From: Epiperipatus broadwayi
Lineage: Eukaryota; Animalia; Onychophora
Length of the DNA: 64,000 nt
Reading direction: 5' to 3'
NCBI GenBank assembly: GCA_028023455.1
Contig: JAQFVV010000006.1
Location: 13,516,001 to 13,580,000, forward strand
Made by a program: the position numbers and the translations under genes. The number at the start of each line of letters is the position of its first letter. The stretch's first letter is position 1. Below the pieces are notes generated by a model that worked only from the letters and a program-made list of their open reading frames with translations, ran no database searches and was not told the origin of the DNA. Shown piece by piece: positions 37,075-50,289 of this stretch.

Positions 37075-39790
37075 TTTCTAAAGGTCTGTGATGATGGTAT
37101 TTTTGTTTATATTTATATATTGGATTATTTCCGTCATTTAATATTAAGTATTGAATGTCTTTAGAAAAATTTAACTTCATTTAAATCTTCCAATTTCATT
37201 CAACTGTTAAAATAATAGCATACAGGTTAGTATATGCAAAACTTTTCAAGAGGTATTATCCTTTTCTTCAAGGGTTGTTGGCCTGATGAGTGACACTAGC
37301 ATGAGAATCAAACCTGGATACTTAGATTTAAAGTAGAAACCCATTTAACTTTCTTCTGTAAATATAAGTCTAAAGGGATAGTTCCTAAGGATTTGCAATT
37401 AAAACTTCCCATTCTCTCCCAGAGAGTTGAGAAAATTAGTCAGAGAGCAAGTGAAACTGTTAAGAGAAAGAATAAATGGTCAACGGTTTTCCATGTGTCA
37501 AACCTTGCATTCCACTAATAATGTAGAATGTTTTCTAAAAAATAGACTAACTAATGAAGATTTCACAAGAGTTTCTTAAACAGTAAGACAATTATATTTT
37601 ACATTATATGGAAAAATAAAAGAATGCCAAAAGAAGAAACTTGTTGAAAGTCATAATGTACCAAGCAGTGTATCAGCTTCATCTGCGAAGAGTCTCAGTT
37701 CTAAACATTTACAGATGATGACATTTCTGGTCTTGAAAAAGGATTAAACTTGCCAATAACACTGTCTAATAACCTATTATTAGATATAATGGCGGCCCCC
37801 GAGAAAGTCACTCAAAAATTGCCTTTAGAAGAAGCAGCAGAATTACGCTGGAGAATAAAAAGAACACTTGAGAAGCAACAAAAATGGAAGTCAAACATAT
37901 CTTATGATAAGAGGAAAGCAATTAAATCTCTCAAAGTAAATAAATCTCTTGATTATCTCCCTGCTGACAAAGGCGATGCAACAGTTGAAATGGATACAAC
38001 TGATTATGACAACAAAATACAAGAACGCCAACAGGCCAATACAGGAAAGTGGCAACAAATTCAATACCAAGTACAGAAACAAAATTACAAACATTACGCA
38101 GAAAATATCACAGTTATTTCAGTGATTCAGAAAAAGTAAATTAACATCATATTACAGTAAAATTTCTCATCTCCATAAGGATCATGTTTCATTAAGACCT
38201 ATTGTTAATTCTACAAATTCACTTTGCCAAAATTTGTCATGATTTTTTCTCAGTCCTTTGGCATGCAAGACCATGTTTTTGTCAGAGATTCAAGACTCTT
38301 TGTAGAAGTAATCAAGAACATGAAATTTTGAAAGAACTGACTTACTGGTAAGCTTTGGTGTGGAAAGTTTATTGACAAATGTACCCTGTGAAGAAACATT
38401 GTCTATTGTAAAAAAACGATTCAATGGTGGTAATGGCTTACAAACCAGAACAACACTTCCTATTGATGGTATAAAGGAACAACAACTTACATCACAGAAT
38501 TCTTCCACTAAAGTCAAAGAATGGCTTTGGACTCACCATTATCACTCCTGATTAGCAATATTTACATGGAAGAACTTGAAACCACAATCATGAAAACTAC
38601 TCCACATCCATCTAAAATTTGGCTTGACTATGTTGTTGATGCATTTAACACCTCAACAACATATCATCTTCAATTAAATTCACAGTAGAATTAGAACAAG
38701 AACAAAAATTTGCATTCTCAGATGTTCTTGTAAAAAAACTCCCTCATGTGTAAAATCAAAACTACAGTTTACAGAAAACCCATATATATAGGAAAATACA
38801 TAGCATGTACATCTAATCACACGAGAAGTGCAAAACATGGAGTTATACTATCCATATGGAACAGAACAAAAGAAGTTTGTTTAGAAACCAGCGATTTGAA
38901 ACCAGAAAAGATCTATATAAAACAAACTTATAAAAAATGGTTATCCCTCAGCTTTTATTAAGAAAACATTAAATTTCAACAGAAAGAACCATTAAAAGAA
39001 AAAAGTTATTTGTATCGTAGTGTATCCATACATAACAAAAATAGCACAAATTAAAGAAAATCTGCAATCAGTATAACATCACAACAGCTTTCCAGAGCCA
39101 TACCACACTACGAGGAATTCTAACATCTACAAAGCTAAACTTGAAATGCTGTAAATAAAAACTACATTTATGAAATACCATGTGAATGTGGAAGAATGTA
39201 TATTGGTGAGACTAGTTACCCCATTGAGAAGCGATTGCAAGAGTACAAACTGATGATTAGAAGAGAGAAAACGTGTCTAAGATAACAGACTATGTGTACC
39301 AATGCATACATTCAATTGGGAAAATACAAAGTATTTGATGAAGAGGAAAAGATACAAAGAAGAAAATTCAAAAAAGGTTTCTCACATGATGATGGAGAAT
39401 AATCCCATAAATCAACTAGTGTGACTATACATAATGTATTGAAACCAGTAATGAACTTTGCTTTTAGGAAAAAGTGAAGAAATCAAGAGTAATCTCATAC
39501 ATAAATATATGAAATTTCTACTGATAGTTTCCTTTGGGAGGATGGCTCAGTTGGTTAGAGTGTTATCTTAAAATTTCAATACTCAAGAATCTATGGATCC
39601 AGGTTCGATTTCCATGCTAGTACTGCCGCTGGTCAGGCCAGCAACATCTGAAGAAGAGAGGAGAATAATATCTCCCTAAATGTTGTGCATATACTAACCT
39701 GTATGCTATTACTAACAATTGTATGTAATTGGAAGATATAAATAAAATTAAATTTTTCTAAAGACATAAATAGTCCAATATATAAATAGA
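37075..39790 (+). mobile_element. PLE-C: decayed near-full-length Penelope-like element with an inverted 5' terminal segment
   Basis: Fragments HLTFFCKYKSKGIVPKDLQLKLP, LPADKGDATV, SLLTNVP, TTVYRKP...SNH and YIYEIPCECGRMYIGET. 37075-37330 is the reverse complement of the 3' end at 39590-39785. Confidence 0.88.
39540..39620 (+). pseudogene. tRNA-Leu-like sequence in the PLE-C 3' terminal repeat
   Basis: Aligns to 13357-13436; A and B boxes present; followed by a decayed HHR (CTGAAGA at ~39648). Confidence 0.68.
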
Positions 39791-40452
39791 ACTAAAGTGA
39801 ATAATGATTTAATGTACATGGGGAGATGGGAGGGAGAATATTGAACGTTAATTTTTTGAATGTATTTATTGAAAGATGATTGGGATAAATTGTAAAGAGA
39901 ATGGAAAAAAAATGAAAGTGGGGAATATTTGGGTAGCTTAGAGAAACTAATAAGGCAATTTTTATTAGATTGGGATAGAAGGGAAAAAAAGAAAGAAATT
40001 TTGACTGAGAAAATGATTCGGTATTAAGGACTAAGAATCAAATCTGTTTATTGTATTCTGTAACAGTTTCAGGGATGAGAATATTTAAGTTGAACTTGGT
40101 AGTAAGGAATAAGGATTTAAGCAGGTTTTCTATGTTATGCAATTGTTTTAGGAGCGAATGTTTGATTTGACTGACAAGGTTTCTGAACATACAGTCTGTA
40201 GAAGATAAATTTCATTTCATCTAAGGGAAGGATATTTTGTACCATATCATATGCTTTGCAGTAACATTTAATAATTTTAAAGGGAGTTCATGTTTAATTT
40301 TGCTAGCAGGATTTCTTGGAATATAATTTGTCCCGAAATTTTCACTTTGGTCTAAGTAACCATTTTACGTTACACTATGTAATCTTTCTGCAACATCTCT
40401 TAAATTTATTAAGATTATTGTTACTAATATCGCTAAATTTTTATTATTTCAG

Positions 40453-40725
40453 ATTATATCAGTCCGCAACAGAAGATGACAAACAAAAAATACAAGAACT
40501 CAATGGTCGAATTCATTCAAAGAAGCACCTTTTAAATGAAGTGAAAGAGAGTCTTCCCAAAACAAATAGTTTGTATCTTAAAATCATATTGGGGAATGTT
40601 AATGTGTCTATTTTAAATCGAGAAGACAAGTTCAAATATAAGGATGAGTACGAAAAATTTAAATTTGTCATCATCATTGTTACGTTTGTGTTATCTTTCA
40701 TAAATCTTTTTCTGCTTAAATACAG
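40453..40725 (+). CDS. TMEM120: TMEM120 homologue, coding exon
   Basis: tttcag|A...AG|gtaagc; LYQSATEDDK...LPKTNSLYLKIILGNVNVSILNREDKFKYKDEYEKFK...FLLKYR; 273 bp, phase 2 to 2. Confidence 0.95.
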
Positions 40726-41045
40726 GTAAGCACAATTACTTTAATCTCGTTTGTTTTTTTTTAAATAAATATTTTATATATCTATTTGGTAAGCATAGCA
40801 TTTTGGTTATTAATCATTCCATTTTAAATCGTAGACATTAAATGAAGAGGGCCCCATGCCCTTCTCTTTGCTTGACTTTCTATTTACAATGCAGAAGTTT
40901 AATCCCATTCCTCTCGACCATAGTTTTTTTTTAATCTTTATATCATTTCATAAATTTTCTTATTTATCTATCTCGCATGTGATCTTTCTCTAGATGTTTT
41001 ACAGTCTTTTGAGTTCAATGTAGGATTTATCCTATATATTTAGTT

Positions 41046-41115
41046 TGATAGATAGGTAGATAGATGGTTGGGTGGATGGGTAGGTATGTGGATGAGTAGG
41101 TAGTTAGGTTGGTTA
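41046..41115. repeat. Compound GATA/GGAT/GGTA microsatellite
   Basis: Directly visible tetranucleotide runs. Confidence 0.7.
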
Positions 41116-41573
41116 GCCAAATAAATGTTCTTTTCAGGAAAATATCTTTATGCATTAGCATAGCTAAATAACGGAAATTGAGAGAAATCTTTGATATGAC
41201 AGAATAAGAAAATCATCAAGTCATAAAGATGCTACGTATGAATAGGATAGCAGGAAGAAATTTATGACATATTATTAGATAAAAAAGCAAAAGATATTAG
41301 TAATTACCTGAGATTTATATACATCGTTAATCTTATGAATGAAGTCTTTAAATTCCCATCTATTATTTCATTATTTAACTAAGATATTTCTGAACTGTGA
41401 ACTATACACAACTCATACAATCGGTTTCAAGAGAACCTACTAATTACGACTATAGTATATATTTCTGTTTAACTCAAAATAATCTGTTACTATCGTGTTA
41501 ATAAATTAAAAGAGTTACAATAGATTCATTTAAATAAATGATTTAGTAAAAGAAATCTTTAATTTTTTTTTAG

Positions 41574-41663
41574 ATTTATGGATGCTGCTTTTCATTTTCT
41601 TCTTGTATGGTATTATTGTACACTAACGATACGAGAAAGTATTCTTATTGTCAATGGATCAAG
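41574..41663 (+). CDS. TMEM120: TMEM120 homologue, coding exon
   Basis: tttttag|A...AG|gtaaga; [30 protein letters not shown] (diagnostic [13 protein letters not shown] motif); 90 bp. Confidence 0.97.
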
Positions 41664-42019
41664 GTAAGATGATTGTTGAGTTAAAGTCATTTTATATCAA
41701 AATTATTACTTCATTTCGTATTATTCATTCTTTAAACGTAATAATTATGAATCTTTTTTCTAAAATATTGTCATCAGTTTTAATAATGATCATATTTATA
41801 GCATATTCATACTCTCTGCATAACCATGCAAAATCAATGAATTGGTGGTGCATTAATTACTCATGCTTACGGGGACAGTTCTAAAACAGAGTGATTTAGA
41901 TTGAAATTACGCTATTAATGTATAAGCTAGTAAAGTCAAGCGATGACCATTTTTGATATATAATTTGAATTATACCACTAAACATTACATGATAACCATA
42001 CTTTATGCTTACACAAGCT

Positions 42020-42430
42020 GGTAACACAAATGCGATGTGATGCGCTGTGACTTCTCCTTATATGGAGTCAGGAATCTCAGCAACCTGTTAGCTACTTTAT
42101 CTTTCCTTTCGATTCCCCACCCTAGTTTTCACATATCCTGCTCCATCCCATTTCCACAACATAATTTTTGTCAACTCCATGTTTTTTATATCTAAATTCT
42201 CCTTTTCCCAAACGCAGCATAAAAATCACTAACCCACTTTCTGTATAATCACTTTCCTTGTACTTGTTCTTCCACAACTTTATTATTTGTATCCTTTCTA
42301 CTTTCAGGCATTTACATTCAATTAACTGGTGCCTAATATTTTTTATGCCTTTCTTACACAACTTGCAGCTTAACTCACCCCCTTTTTTCCATTTACATGT
42401 ATAATACCCTGTTGCTAAAGATCCCGCCAA
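42020..42430 (-). mobile_element. CCHC-type LINE 3' fragment
   Basis: Minus-strand ORF GSLATGYYTCKWKK...CKLCKKGIKNIRHQLIEC. Confidence 0.85.
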
Positions 42431-42899
42431 AGGCAAAATTCCATATAGTAGCACCACTCAGTGCATGCCAGAGTAATCAATGGATGCAGGAAGGTTTGTG
42501 CATAAAATCCCTATCTAGTTCCTACTCATCTAATATCCCCAGACTGGTTTCTAGTTTATTGCTTTCATCAGTGAGGAGCCTTGGATCTGAGAGCATTGCT
42601 CTAGATGTTAGGAGCTTGAATTGAAAACATTATTGTGTTTTCATTTTGGACTCAAAGCTTTTATAGTTAGCTAATAAAATAAAATGTGGCTTTTGGAGGG
42701 TTACATTAGATCCTAAGATCTAGGTGCAGTGCTCTCAGATCCAAGGCTCCTTACTGATGAAAGTCACAAGCTAGAAACTAGTCAGGGGACATTGGATGAG
42801 TAGGAACTAGATAGGGATTTTATGCACAAATCTTCCTGCATTCATTGATTACTTTGGCTTGCACTGAGTCACGCTGCTATATGTAGAGTTTTGCCTCTG
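42431..42899. mobile_element. Family R head-to-head insertion
   Basis: Reverse copy 42431-~42617 and forward copy ~42618-42899; HHR cores at 42536-42577 (-) and 42750-42788 (+). Confidence 0.88.
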
Positions 42900-43860
42900 T
42901 GCTTTGAATTATACATTATGTTATTATTATTTTTATAGTATTTTTTTTACTCCAGTTTATTTAAATCTCCCTGACTCTTATTTAACAGACTGCTTGCAAA
43001 TCTGTAGATGAAAAAGTTCCATATAAATAAGAGGCCATTAAAGATGTCAATGAACATTTATCTGTTACCAAAAGTGTAAAGCAGTGCTGTTGTTGCAGGA
43101 TTATTACTATACTCTTTAGAGAAATTCACATTTATCAAAAGATTATTGAACTTTTGATTCAGCATTGAGTTCAAATTGCATAAATTTTCAAGATTGGCTG
43201 ATCTTTTCCAAAATTCATTTATGGTGGTCATGCAAGACATCGTTAAAGCATATGTGGACAGTTTGGAAATACAACTTGATTCCCATCCATTCTAAGTGTG
43301 CTACCCTTATGCTGAAATGCATTTAGATTATTTAGAAGCAAACTTACTTAAGCACTAAAAGAATTATTTTTATCACAACTTGAATTATGTGTAAATTTAT
43401 AAAGTAAATAATAACAACACTGCATTAAATGTATATATGAAAAAAGAGACAGAAATAGACAAATTTTCCAAATAATTGTAAATAAATATATAAACCAAAA
43501 CAACCCTCTCTTTTGTCACAAAAACCGTTCAGGCTTTAAAGATAACGGGTCCTAAAAAATGGGGGATTTTTTTGGTTTTTTTTGACAAAAGAAATGATTG
43601 TTTTGTGTATTCATTGACAGTTTTTTGGGGGATTTGTCTACTTCGGCCTCTGTTTCATTAACTGTATCTGCATAATGCTGTGGTTATTATTATTTGTATT
43701 TATTTGACTTCTATTAATTAATTATAAAAGATTGGTAAAAAAAAGATTCTTTCATTTACTCTTAAGTGATTATAATTTCAAATTTATTTATACTATGTTT
43801 ACATCTAACTAAGTGTATAATTTTTAGTTTTTTTGTGCCTAGTATTTTTATAGTGATATA

Positions 43861-46649
43861 TAGTCGTGGAGGGACCGTACTGCCGCTGTCAGATGGCGCT
43901 GCGACACCATCAACAACCGGCCCGAAGCCTGCAAGTCATAAATTTATATACGAAAGTGGCTGAAAATTGACAAATAAAAATGCCTGAGGCAATATATATC
44001 CAAGAAATACATCGAACATACAAATTATAAAAAAAAAACACAAGAAAATCCTATAAAATTCAAATTAAAAAAAAAGAAATCGATAAAAATACACAAACTA
44101 AGAAACATGGCAGAGAGAGAGCGGGAAATCCAAAAACATCACATTATTTACCTTTCAACATTTGCAAATATGAATTGGCAAATTAAGTATTTTTCAATAT
44201 TTGCAAACGATCAGATTTAAAAGCAACAGTTATATAAAATAAAAAGAATATTACTGGTTTGAAATTATGGCATCTCATCCAAAACCTACCCCCTCCCCCA
44301 ATGAAGAATTTCTATCCAAAAATAACTGAAATGGGCAAATTAAATCAAACAAATACTTCTAAAATACAAATAAAAAAAATTCGATCAAAAATAATTAAAA
44401 TCAACGGTTATATAAACTAAAAAGAATATTACTGGTTTGAAATTATGGCATATCATCAAAAATAAGTCAGACGTAAAACCTACCCCCTCCCCCATTGAAG
44501 AATTTCTATCCAAAAATAACTCAAATTATTTAGCTTTAAAGCAATTAATTGTTATCTGGTTTTCAAATTATGGCATATTTAAATTGATCAATAATATTTA
44601 AATAATTAAAAAGCAATACACAAAAATAATTACCAAAGTCCTTCCAATCATTTGTAGTAGGCACTTGAATGTGTTCAGCATAAAAATCCATTAAGAAGAA
44701 CATTATGTTGATTTAGAATTTTGAAGCTTTGAACACACTTGAATAGTAACAGAAGATTAAGTAATGATGGTTATTTTGGGTAAAAAATATGGCAGAATTT
44801 TCTTTGAACACACTTGATGGCATTTACACAATTATGAGTTTCTCAATATCCTGCCTTGTTTACAACTCTTCTTTAATTGAAATAATCAAATAATAAATGA
44901 TTCTTCAGCATTTTGACAAAGAGAAATGATTTGCTTTAAAATATACTTTAGTATCATATTCTGGTAATTATATATAAGATGCATATTGCATTACGTTTTA
45001 TTTAAACAAAGTTGCAAATTGAAATGTGACGTAATAGCTTTTTCTTACATTAAAAAAATATAGGCGCAAACAATGTACTTCCATAAAATATAACACGCCA
45101 ATGCAATTCAAAATACAAAATGATTTTTCAGCATTTTGTCAAAGAGAAAATATTTTTTTAAAAATATACTTTAGTAAAGTATATTTTGCAAAATGCTGAA
45201 AAATCATTTTGTATTTTGAATTGCATTGGCGTGTTATATTTTATGGAAGTACATTGTTTGCGCCTATATTTTTTTAATGTAAGAAAAAGCTATTACGTCA
45301 CATTTCAATTTGCAACTTTGTTTAAATAAAACATAATGAAATATGCATCTTATATATAATTACCAGAATATGGTACTAAAGTATATTTTAAAGCAAATCA
45401 TTTCTCTTTGTCAAAATGCTGAAGAATCATTTATTATTTGATAATTTCAATTAAAGAAGAGTTGTAAACAAGGCAGGATATTGAGAAACTCATACTTGTG
45501 TAAATGCCATCAAGTGTGTTCAAAGAAAATTCTGCCATATTTTTTACCCAAAATAACCATCATTACTTAATCTTCTGTTACTATTCAAGTGTGTTCAAAG
45601 CTTCAAAATTCTAAATCAACATAATGTTCTTCTTAATGGATTTTTATGCTGTACACATTCAAGTGCCTACTACAAATGATTGGAAGGATTTTGGTAATTA
45701 TTTTTGTATATTGCTTTTTAATTATTTAAATATTATTGATCAATTTAAATATGCCATAATTTGAAAACCAGATAACAACTAATTGCTTTAAAGCTAAATA
45801 ATTTGAGTTATTTTTGGATAGAAATTCTTCATTGGGGGAGGGGGTAGGTTTTACGTTTGATTTATTTTTGATGATATGCCATAATTTCAAACCAGTAATA
45901 TTCTTTTTAGTTTATATACATTGCTTTTAATTATATTTGATCAAATTATTTTTATTTGTATTTTAGAAGTATTTGTTTGATTTAATTTGTCCATTTCAGT
46001 TATTTTTGGATAGAAATTCTTCATTAGGGGAGGGGGTAGGTTTTATGTTTGTCTTATTTTGCATGAGATGCCATAATTTCAAACCAGTAATATTCTTTTT
46101 ACTTTATATAACCGTTGCTTTTAAATCTGATCATTTGCAAATATTGAAAGATACTTAATTTGCCGATTCATATTTGCAAATGTTGAAAGGTAAATATTTT
46201 GATGTTTTTGGATTTCCCACTCTCTCTCCGCCATGTTTCTTAGTTTGTGTATTTTCATCGATTTCTTTTTTTTGAATGTGAATTTTATAGCATTTTCTTG
46301 TTTTTTTTTTATAATTTGTACTTTCGATGTATTTCTTGGATATATATATCCTCAGGCATTTTTATTTTTCGCTTTAAGTCAAGAAAGCTTGATTTTAGGG
46401 GGGGGGGTAGGTCTTTCTCGTATTTTCGTGGATTGTTTTTTTTTTAATTTTATAGCATTTTCTTTGTTTTTTTTTTTTTATATAATTTGTACTTTCGATG
46501 TATTTCTGGGATATATTGCCTCGGGCAATTTTATTTGTCAATTTTCAGCCACTTTCGTATATAAATTTATCACTTGCAGGCTTCAGGCCGGTTGTTAATG
46601 GTGTCGCAGCACCATCTGACGGCGGCAGTACGGCCCCTCCACGATTACC
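43861..46649. mobile_element. 2.8-kb foldback element (arms ~43861-45138 and 45189-46649)
   Basis: Termini TAGTCGTGGAGGGACCGTACTGCCG / CGGCAGTACGGCCCCTCCACGATTACC. Inner arms are near-identical with few mismatches; outer arms have indels. No ORF. Confidence 0.9.
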
Positions 46650-47067
46650 GCCCTTTACTCAACCTAATTAAATACTATTTTGGCTATTCTCTTATTATAC
46701 ATAAATTGCAATCTACCAAATATTTTTATTTTGCTTTTTGCATCTCTCATATAAAAACTTGATCATTCCATTTCTCCTTGAATTTGCTTGCTTTGCCATC
46801 CACACATCTGCATCTAATGCATGTCTTCCTTTTTCTCTTTAATACTTTTTGGTTTAATGAAGTGGTCGATGGCGAATTCTGGAGGTCAAAATCTATAGAG
46901 TGCAGTTCCATTCTTATTTTAGATTATTATTTTTTTCAATGTTTAAATAAATATACACAAACTTTTATAGTAATTTAATAAAATAAAAATAATGCTAACT
47001 TACAGATAAAATGATGATACATATTTTATTTTACCAATTTTTTCAAATGTGAAATAATATATATCAC

Positions 47068-47254
47068 GGTAGTCGTGGAGGGACCGTACTGCCGCTGTCA
47101 GATGGCACTGCGACACCATCAACAACCATCCCGAAGCCTGCAAGTGATAAATTTATATATGAAAGTGGTTGAAAATTGACAAATAAAAATGCCTGAGGCA
47201 ATATACTGTTGCAGCGTCGTCTGATGGCAGGAGTACAGTCCCTCCACGACTACC
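47068..47254. mobile_element. 187-bp deletion derivative of the same foldback family
   Basis: GGTAGTCGTGGAGGGAC...GTCCCTCCACGACTACC TIRs; the first ~135 bp match 43861-44000. Confidence 0.88.
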
Positions 47255-47320
47255 TAAAGGGTAAACTATAGGATGGGTGAGAAAGATAGTACGGTATGCA
47301 GAAGATTTGGATGAAGACTA

Positions 47321-47970
47321 CTTTCTGACTTGTGGCCTAGAGCCTTGGATCTGAGAGTACTGCACCTAGATCTTAGGACCTAATGCAACTTTCCAGCAGC
47401 CACCTTTTATCTCTAATTAACTACAAAACTATGAGTCTTAAATTGAAAACACCATAATATTTTCAATCCAAGCTCATTAGCTTATATAGTCATATTAATA
47501 ACAGTTTTGAACAAGCGCAAGAAATGGTGATCATGTGTTGTTTATTGGCTTAAAACCAATCCTGCCTAATAGGATAGTGGTGGCTATGGTTATTAAAGAA
47601 CCAAAGACACCAAAATATATAGGTACTGAACTGAGTTCAGACCTATATGACTATATAAGCGAATGAGCTTGGATTGAAAATATTATGGTCTTTTCAGTTC
47701 AAGACTCATAGTTTTGTAGTTAAGTAAAAATAAAAGGTGACTGCTGAAGGGTTGCACTAGATCCTAAGATCTAGGTGCAGTACTCTCAGATCCAAGGCTT
47801 CTCACTGATGAAGGCCCCAAGCGATGGGGATTTTATGCACAAGCCTTTTGCATCCATTGATCACTCTGGCTTGCACTGAGTGGCAATACATATTGAGAAT
47901 TTTGTCTGCTTTAATAACAGTTTTGAGGAAGCATAAGAAATGATGATCATGTGATGTTTATTGGCTTAGT
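47321..47970. mobile_element. Family R: reverse fragment plus a forward copy longer than one monomer
   Basis: TAATAACAGTTTTGA...GTTTATTGGCTTA occurs at 47496 and again at 47912; a ~38-bp internal deletion removes GAAA and the HHR cleavage site. Confidence 0.88.
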
Positions 47971-49045
47971 AATATCGTATGTAAAAATAAAAGTACTTTG
48001 GGCAGTTTATTCAGTTGAATAATTAATGGGAGATAGCAAGTTAGACTATAATTTCTGGTGGAGAGATTTGGTAACTCAGCTGAGCTGATGATTGGACAGT
48101 TATTTCTTGAAATACAGGGTACCCCCACTGAAAAGATTACTGTTTGTCACTCCAAGATGTCTGTGCACTATCTCTGAATCAATGCATTTGCTACATAGTA
48201 ACATAGCTTAGCTGTTTACCACAAATTTTAAGATGTTAGAGAATCTGCATCATGAGTTTCGTATCTTCGTAGATCATCTTTAATGATGTCCTTACCTTAA
48301 CAAAATCTTGTGAACCGTTTGAATCATTTCAAGCATTTCAGTAACAGTTTCACATAATTTAAAACAAAATGTAATGTTAGCGCATTGTTTTATTATGGAT
48401 TAAATAAAAAACACAATATTACATTTTATGTTGGAACTTGTGGCCTGATGTGTTGATGCATTAAAACTTCATACATCGATACAAAGATGGTGCTGCAGGT
48501 ATTTTGAAGAGAGAACCAATTACCTTTCCACTGGGACGTGCTTTGCATATATATTGAGAAAGTCAGTCTGTTGTCTTTTATTGATATCTTATGCGATTAT
48601 AAAGTACAAATCGGGAACATTGTGAATTCATTTGATTGTTACATACTTGAAGCACAGTGCTAATCGTTCAATATATTGACAGATGTTTCGTATTTTTATT
48701 CACTTAGAGGAAATTGGGTTAGAAGCTTGAAATGTTTTCAGATTTCATTAACGTAAATTTTCACGTTATTGTATTTCTGTGCTCCTACGGGAAAGTGATT
48801 TATAATTTTCAGTTTCTGTAATTTATTTCACACACATTTTTGAAAATTTAGCTTTGGGACACCAATTACCTTAAAGGCATGCAGTCATTAAATACAAAAA
48901 TTTTAATATAAAAAATTATATATTAAATAGGAGAGATATCTGTATGATATGTGTTGATGAGAATTGATTTAAATAATGAAAATTTTTTCATTCATTAATA
49001 ATATTATATACTATATGTTTTTTTTATATTTTTTTTTTCTTTTAG

Positions 49046-49111
49046 AATTAAAGGATGGTGGTTGGCCCATCATTACATTTCTACAGTCATGGCAGGCATT
49101 CTTTTGATCTG
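49046..49111 (+). CDS. TMEM120: TMEM120 homologue, coding exon
   Basis: tttttag|A...TG|gtaatg; IKGWWLAHHYISTVMAGILLIW; 66 bp. Confidence 0.97.
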
Positions 49112-49542
49112 GTAATGTCTTTTATTTATGTACATATAAAATATTTACTTACATTCTTTAATAAATCAATACTAGTGTATTGTAAATACCAAAGTTTAAG
49201 ATGTAATTAAAGGGGATTTGAACACAGACTTTTTTCCTTCAGCTATCCATTCCCTCTTATGTAATCGATATGCATGTCCACACATGTGAAAACGATAAAC
49301 AAGCTCCAATATACATATTTCGTGCTAAACTACTACTCATCAGTTGGTCTATATCATCTGCCACACATATATATAATCAGTTTTTATTAAGATAGCAAAT
49401 CTTCAAACTTTAATGGACAGGCTTCAATCTTCTCTCCTCTCCAACTCTTCAGCCATCCATACCATTGAAAATCTGATGATGAAATGCTGAAACTCTTGAT
49501 AATGCCAATATTGTCGTCATATATAAAGCTATTAAACAGGCG

Positions 49543-49769
49543 AGATCTAGGTGCAGTGCTCTCAGACAAGGCTCGTCTCTGACGAAGGCCCCAAGCCAGA
49601 AACTAGTCTGGGGATATTGGATGAATAGGCACTGGATGGGGATTTTATGCACAAGCCTTCTGGCATCTATTGATTACACTGGGTAGCACTACTGTATGAG
49701 AGTTTTGCCTGTTTTAATAAGTTTGGTGCTAGCATAAGAAATGGTGATCATGTGATGTTTAGTGCTTTA
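49543..49769 (+). mobile_element. Family R 5'-truncated copy
   Basis: CTGACGA-A-GGC-CCCAA-GCC-A-GAAA-CTAG-TC-TGGGG at 49579-49613, followed by the consensus 3' part. Confidence 0.88.
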
Positions 49770-49785
49770 ACATATATAAAGCTAA

Positions 49786-50001
49786 TAATGCTCAGTGATA
49801 GATAGATCTATCAATGTAAATACATAAAAACCATGAACACTTAAACAATATCAATGACAATCGACAATTCCATTTAACAGTAAGGATGGTCTAATGCTCA
49901 GTGATAGATAGATCTATCAATGTAAATACATAAAAAACATGAACACTTAAACAATATCAATGACAATCGACAATTCCATTTAACAGTAAGGATGGACTAA
50001 T
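49786..50001. repeat. Near-perfect 106-bp tandem duplication
   Basis: TAATGCTCAGTGATAGATAGATC... starts at 49786 and 49892. Confidence 0.9.
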
Positions 50002-50007
50002 ATGATT

Positions 50008-50262
50008 GTATAGACACTAAATATTGTCACTTGACTATAGAGAGTGAAATTATTAATTCAGAGAAGTTTAAATAAACCTTATTAAACAGGTAAATATAAA
50101 CCTGTTCTGAAAGTAGATTAACAAATAATCAATTATAATTTTCAAACTGCTTTCTAACCATGTATTAGTTATATTTACCTGTTTAATGGGATTTATTTAC
50201 ACTTCTTTGAATTAATAATTTCACTCTCTGTAGTCAAGTTGCAATCTTTTAGGGTCTGTATA
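50008..50262. mobile_element. MITE with ~85-bp imperfect TIRs
   Basis: TATAGAC.CTAAA.ATTG..ACTTGACTA.AGAGAGTGAAATTATTAATTC...AAACAGGTAAATATAA is inverted at 50175-50262. Confidence 0.8.
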
Positions 50263-50289
50263 AAGATATTAGACCATAGATAAAGGTGG

